62,000 bases of DNA, from positions 6,324,001 to 6,386,000 of the forward strand of contig CM075988.1 in NCBI GenBank assembly GCA_038087875.1, written 5' to 3'. A model generated the notes under the pieces. The model saw only the letters and a program-made list of their open reading frames with translations, was not told where the DNA came from and did not search any database. The DNA is from Malacoraja senta. Its lineage: Eukaryota. Of the stretch, positions 59,160 to 62,000 are shown piece by piece (positions within the stretch are counted from its first letter, which is position 1; each line of letters starts with the position of its first letter). The translations under genes were made by a program, and so were the position numbers.

Positions 59160-60531
59160 CCTAGAGTCAGTTATTAAAGATGGGATAGCAGCACATTTGG
59201 AAAGTGGTGAAATCATTGGACGAAGTCAGCATGGATTTACGAAAGGTAAATCGTGTCTGACGAATCTTATAGAATTTTTCGAGGATGTAACTAGTAGAGT
59301 GGATAGGGGAGAACCAGTGGATGTGTTGTATCTGGACTTTCAGAAGGCTTTCGACAAGGTACCACATAAGAGATTAGTATACAAACTTAAAGCACACGGT
59401 ATTGGGGGTTCAGTATTGATGTGGATAGAGAACTGGCAGGCAAACAGGAAGCAAAGAGTAGGAGTAAATGGGTCCTTTTCACTATGGCAGGCAGTGACTA
59501 GTGGGGTACCGCAAGGCTCAGTGCTGGGACCCCAGCTATTTACAATTTATATTAATGAGCTGGATGAGGGAATTGAAGGCAACATCTCCAAGTTTGCGGA
59601 TGACACTAAGCTGCGGGGCAGTGTTAGCTGTGAGGAGGATGCTAGGAGACTGCAAGGTGACTTGGATAGGCTGGGTGCGTGGGCAAATGTTTGGCAGATG
59701 CAGTATAATGTGGATAAATGTGAGGTTATCCACTTTGGTGGCAAAAACAGGAAAGCAGACTATTATCTAAATGGTGGCCGATTAGGAAATGGGGAGATGC
59801 AGCGAGACCTGGGTGTCATGGTACACCTGTCATTGAAAGTAGGCATGCAGGTGCAGCAGGCAGTGAAGAAAGCGAATGGTATGTTAGCTTTCATAGCAAA
59901 AGGATTTGAGTATAGGAGCAGGGAGGTTCTACTGTAGTTGTACAGGGTCTTGGTGAGACCACACCTGGAGTATTGCGTACAGTTTTGGTCTCCAAATCTG
60001 AGGAAGGACATTATAGCCATAGAGGGAGTGCAGAGAAGGTTCACCAGACTGATTCCTGGGATGTCAGGACTTTCATATGAAGAAAGACTGGATAGACTTG
60101 GCTTATACTCGCTAGAATTTAGGAGATTGAGAGGGATCTTATAGAAACGTACAAAATTTTTATGGGGTTGGACAGGCTAGATGCAGGAAGATTGTTCCCG
60201 ATGTTGGGGAAGTCCAGGACAAGGGGTCACAGCTTAAGGATAAGGGGGAAATCCTTTAAGACCGAGATGAGGAAAAACTTTTTCACACAAAGAGTGGTGA
60301 ATCTCTGGAACTCTCTGCCACAGAGGGTAGTTGAGGCCAGTTCATTGGCTATATTTAAGAGGGAGTTAGATGTGGCCCTTGTGGCTAAGGGGATCAGGGG
60401 GTATGGAGAGAAGGCAGGTACGGGATACTGAGTTGGATGATCAGCCATGATCATATTGAATGGCGGTGCAGGCTCGAAGGGCCGAATGGCCTACTCCTGC
60501 ACCTATTTTCTATGGATATTTCTATGTATGT
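59160..60531 (+). mobile_element. Young CR1 LINE, 5'-truncated (RT domain to tail)
   Basis: QHGFTKGKSCLTNL...YLDFQKAFDKV...GVPQGSVLGP...FADDTKL; one stop at 59935-59937 and one frameshift near 60130. Confidence 0.95.
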
Positions 60532-60802
60532 ATTTACAAAACCCACAAATAAAATAAAAAGCACAAGGTTCGTTCGAGGACGATGCAGTGAAGTAATTTC
60601 ATTTGAGTCCAGTACAGGAAGTACTGATGGAGGAGATGAACGGGGAGTTCTGGAGTAGAGGTCAGTGTTTACATGGGGTCCCATTGTTCACTGATTAGCT
60701 GAATAGCATGAATCAACACAGATCGACTCGGATGCGTTAAGAGCCAACTGTATTGTTCCAAAGATCTTCAAGTGATATCATGGTTGGATGTACTGACTAA
60801 AG
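60532..60802. repeat. Inverted copy of 29140-29411
   Basis: About 99% identical reverse complement. Confidence 0.95.
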
Positions 60803-60940
60803 ATCAGGGGGTATGGAGAGAAGGCAGGTACGGGATACTGAGTTGGATGATCAGCCATGATCATATTGAATGGCGGTGCAGGCTCAAAGGGCCGAATGGC
60901 CTACTCCTGCACCTACTTTCTATGTATCTATGTATCTATG
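60802..60940 (+). mobile_element. Second copy of the CR1 3' terminus
   Basis: Matches 60392-60513 with 2 substitutions and has its own (TATCTATG)n tail. Confidence 0.92.
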
Positions 60941-61149
60941 ATGTCCCTGTGACCGCGTGGGTTTCCTCCAGGTGCTCCGGTTTCATCCCACATTCCAAAG
61001 ACATAGGTTAACTGGCTCTAATGTGGAGGCGTGGTAGAATATGGAAGAGTTGATTTCAATGTGGGGACAATAAAAATGGGATGAAGGTATGATTAGTGTG
61101 AATGGGCAGTTGATGGTCAGCATGGACTCAGATGGATGAAGTCTGAGTC

Positions 61150-61355
61150 TCGCCAGAGACCCGAGTTCCAGCCTGTACAGAGTCTGTCCGATCTCCCTGT
61201 GACCACGTGGCTTTTCTCCGGGTGCTTTGGTTTCCTCCCACATTCCAAAGACAGGCAGATTTGTAGGTGAATTGGCTTCTGTAAATTGTCCCTAGCGTGT
61301 AGGATAGAACTAGTGTATGGGGTGATTATTGTTCGGCGTGGACTCGATGTCCATG
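61150..61355 (+). mobile_element. HE1-like SINE (partial)
   Basis: Central domain and 3' part. Confidence 0.7.
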
Positions 61356-61399
61356 GACTTGATAGGATTGTTACCACATCGTATCCTTAAACTAAACCA

Positions 61400-61602
61400 G
61401 ACACCCCCTCGCCTGTGTTCACCTATTACCTGACATGCTTTGTTCTGCCCTTCCTCTATTCTAGCTTTCTTCCCTCATCCCCGTCCCATAGCCCACCACG
61501 ATCGGTCTGAAAAATGTCCTAACCCAAAACATCAGCTATCCATGTTCTCCTGAGATGCTGCTGCCTGACCCGTTGAGTTACTCCAGCACTTTGTGTCTTC
61601 GT
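61400..61602 (+). mobile_element. Degenerate Penelope 3' UTR / terminal repeat
   Basis: GTCTGAAAAATGTCC...GAGTTACTCCAGCACTTTGTGTC. Confidence 0.6.
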
Positions 61603-62000
61603 TGAGTATTGTTAAGGTAGATGTAGATTGATTTTCATTAGGCAGGTGGATGAAAGGTTATTACTGATAGACAGGAGAGTGGGCATGAGATTACGGTCAG
61701 ACCAGCCATGGTCTTATTCATTGGCAGATCAGGCTTAATGTCCAAGTGGCTTAATCTTTCTTTTCATTTGTATGTTTGCATGTTGACCAATATGAGCTCT
61801 GAGTTTACCTCCAAGAAGCAATTCGATAAAGACCAACTAATCTGATGTTGTTCATGGAGCATTAAACATGGGACAGGGTTTCAGTGGAGAAATGTCAAAC
61901 CCGTTTGCAAAGCAGTGTCAAAGGAAGATTTGCAACGTCCTGTGAGAGTAGATGGGGCCACAGCTTAACAATTCATTGGGAGAGTGGCACTGCTGAAGGG

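Larger units (their letters stand above)
59072..61140 (+). mobile_element. HE1-like SINE split by the composite CR1 insertion
   Basis: Head at 59072-59160; the body resumes TCCCTGTGACCGCGTGGGTTTCCTCC at about 60944. Confidence 0.7.

Noticed and set aside
59143..59937. 264-aa RT ORF as a functional gene
   Set aside because: 5'-truncated CR1 with a premature stop and frameshift; the start codon comes from the flanking SINE.

Overview
This is eukaryotic, repeat-dominated non-coding DNA. The repeat repertoire suggests a cartilaginous fish, probably a skate or ray (inference from HE1-type tRNA-derived SINEs sharing 3' tails with CR1/HER1-type LINEs). I found no host protein-coding gene, rRNA, genuine tRNA or CRISPR array; nearly all track ORFs are TE fragments or microsatellite artefacts. 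Contents: about 30 HE1-like SINEs, many 5'-truncated CR1 LINEs, and Rex1/Babar, L2 and RTE pieces. There are also Penelope-like elements (GIY-YIG) with many short derivatives carrying a minimal hammerhead-ribozyme motif, three Harbinger-like MITEs, a solo LTR, a Gypsy gag relic and two DIRS1-type tyrosine-recombinase retrotransposons. The most unusual structures are four. (1) A 5'-truncated DIRS is flanked by an exact 126-bp direct duplication (41951-46150). (2) A young CR1 contains a 271-bp inverted copy of sequence from 31 kb away, bracketed by two copies of the CR1 3' end (60392-60940). (3) A full-length DIRS has the same TATTTTA core at both ends and at its ICR junction. (4) A 34-bp inverted copy of flanking DNA sits inside that DIRS. 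These are unusual rearrangements of known element classes; I cannot support a claim of a new biological system. TE boundaries are approximate unless a TSD is given.
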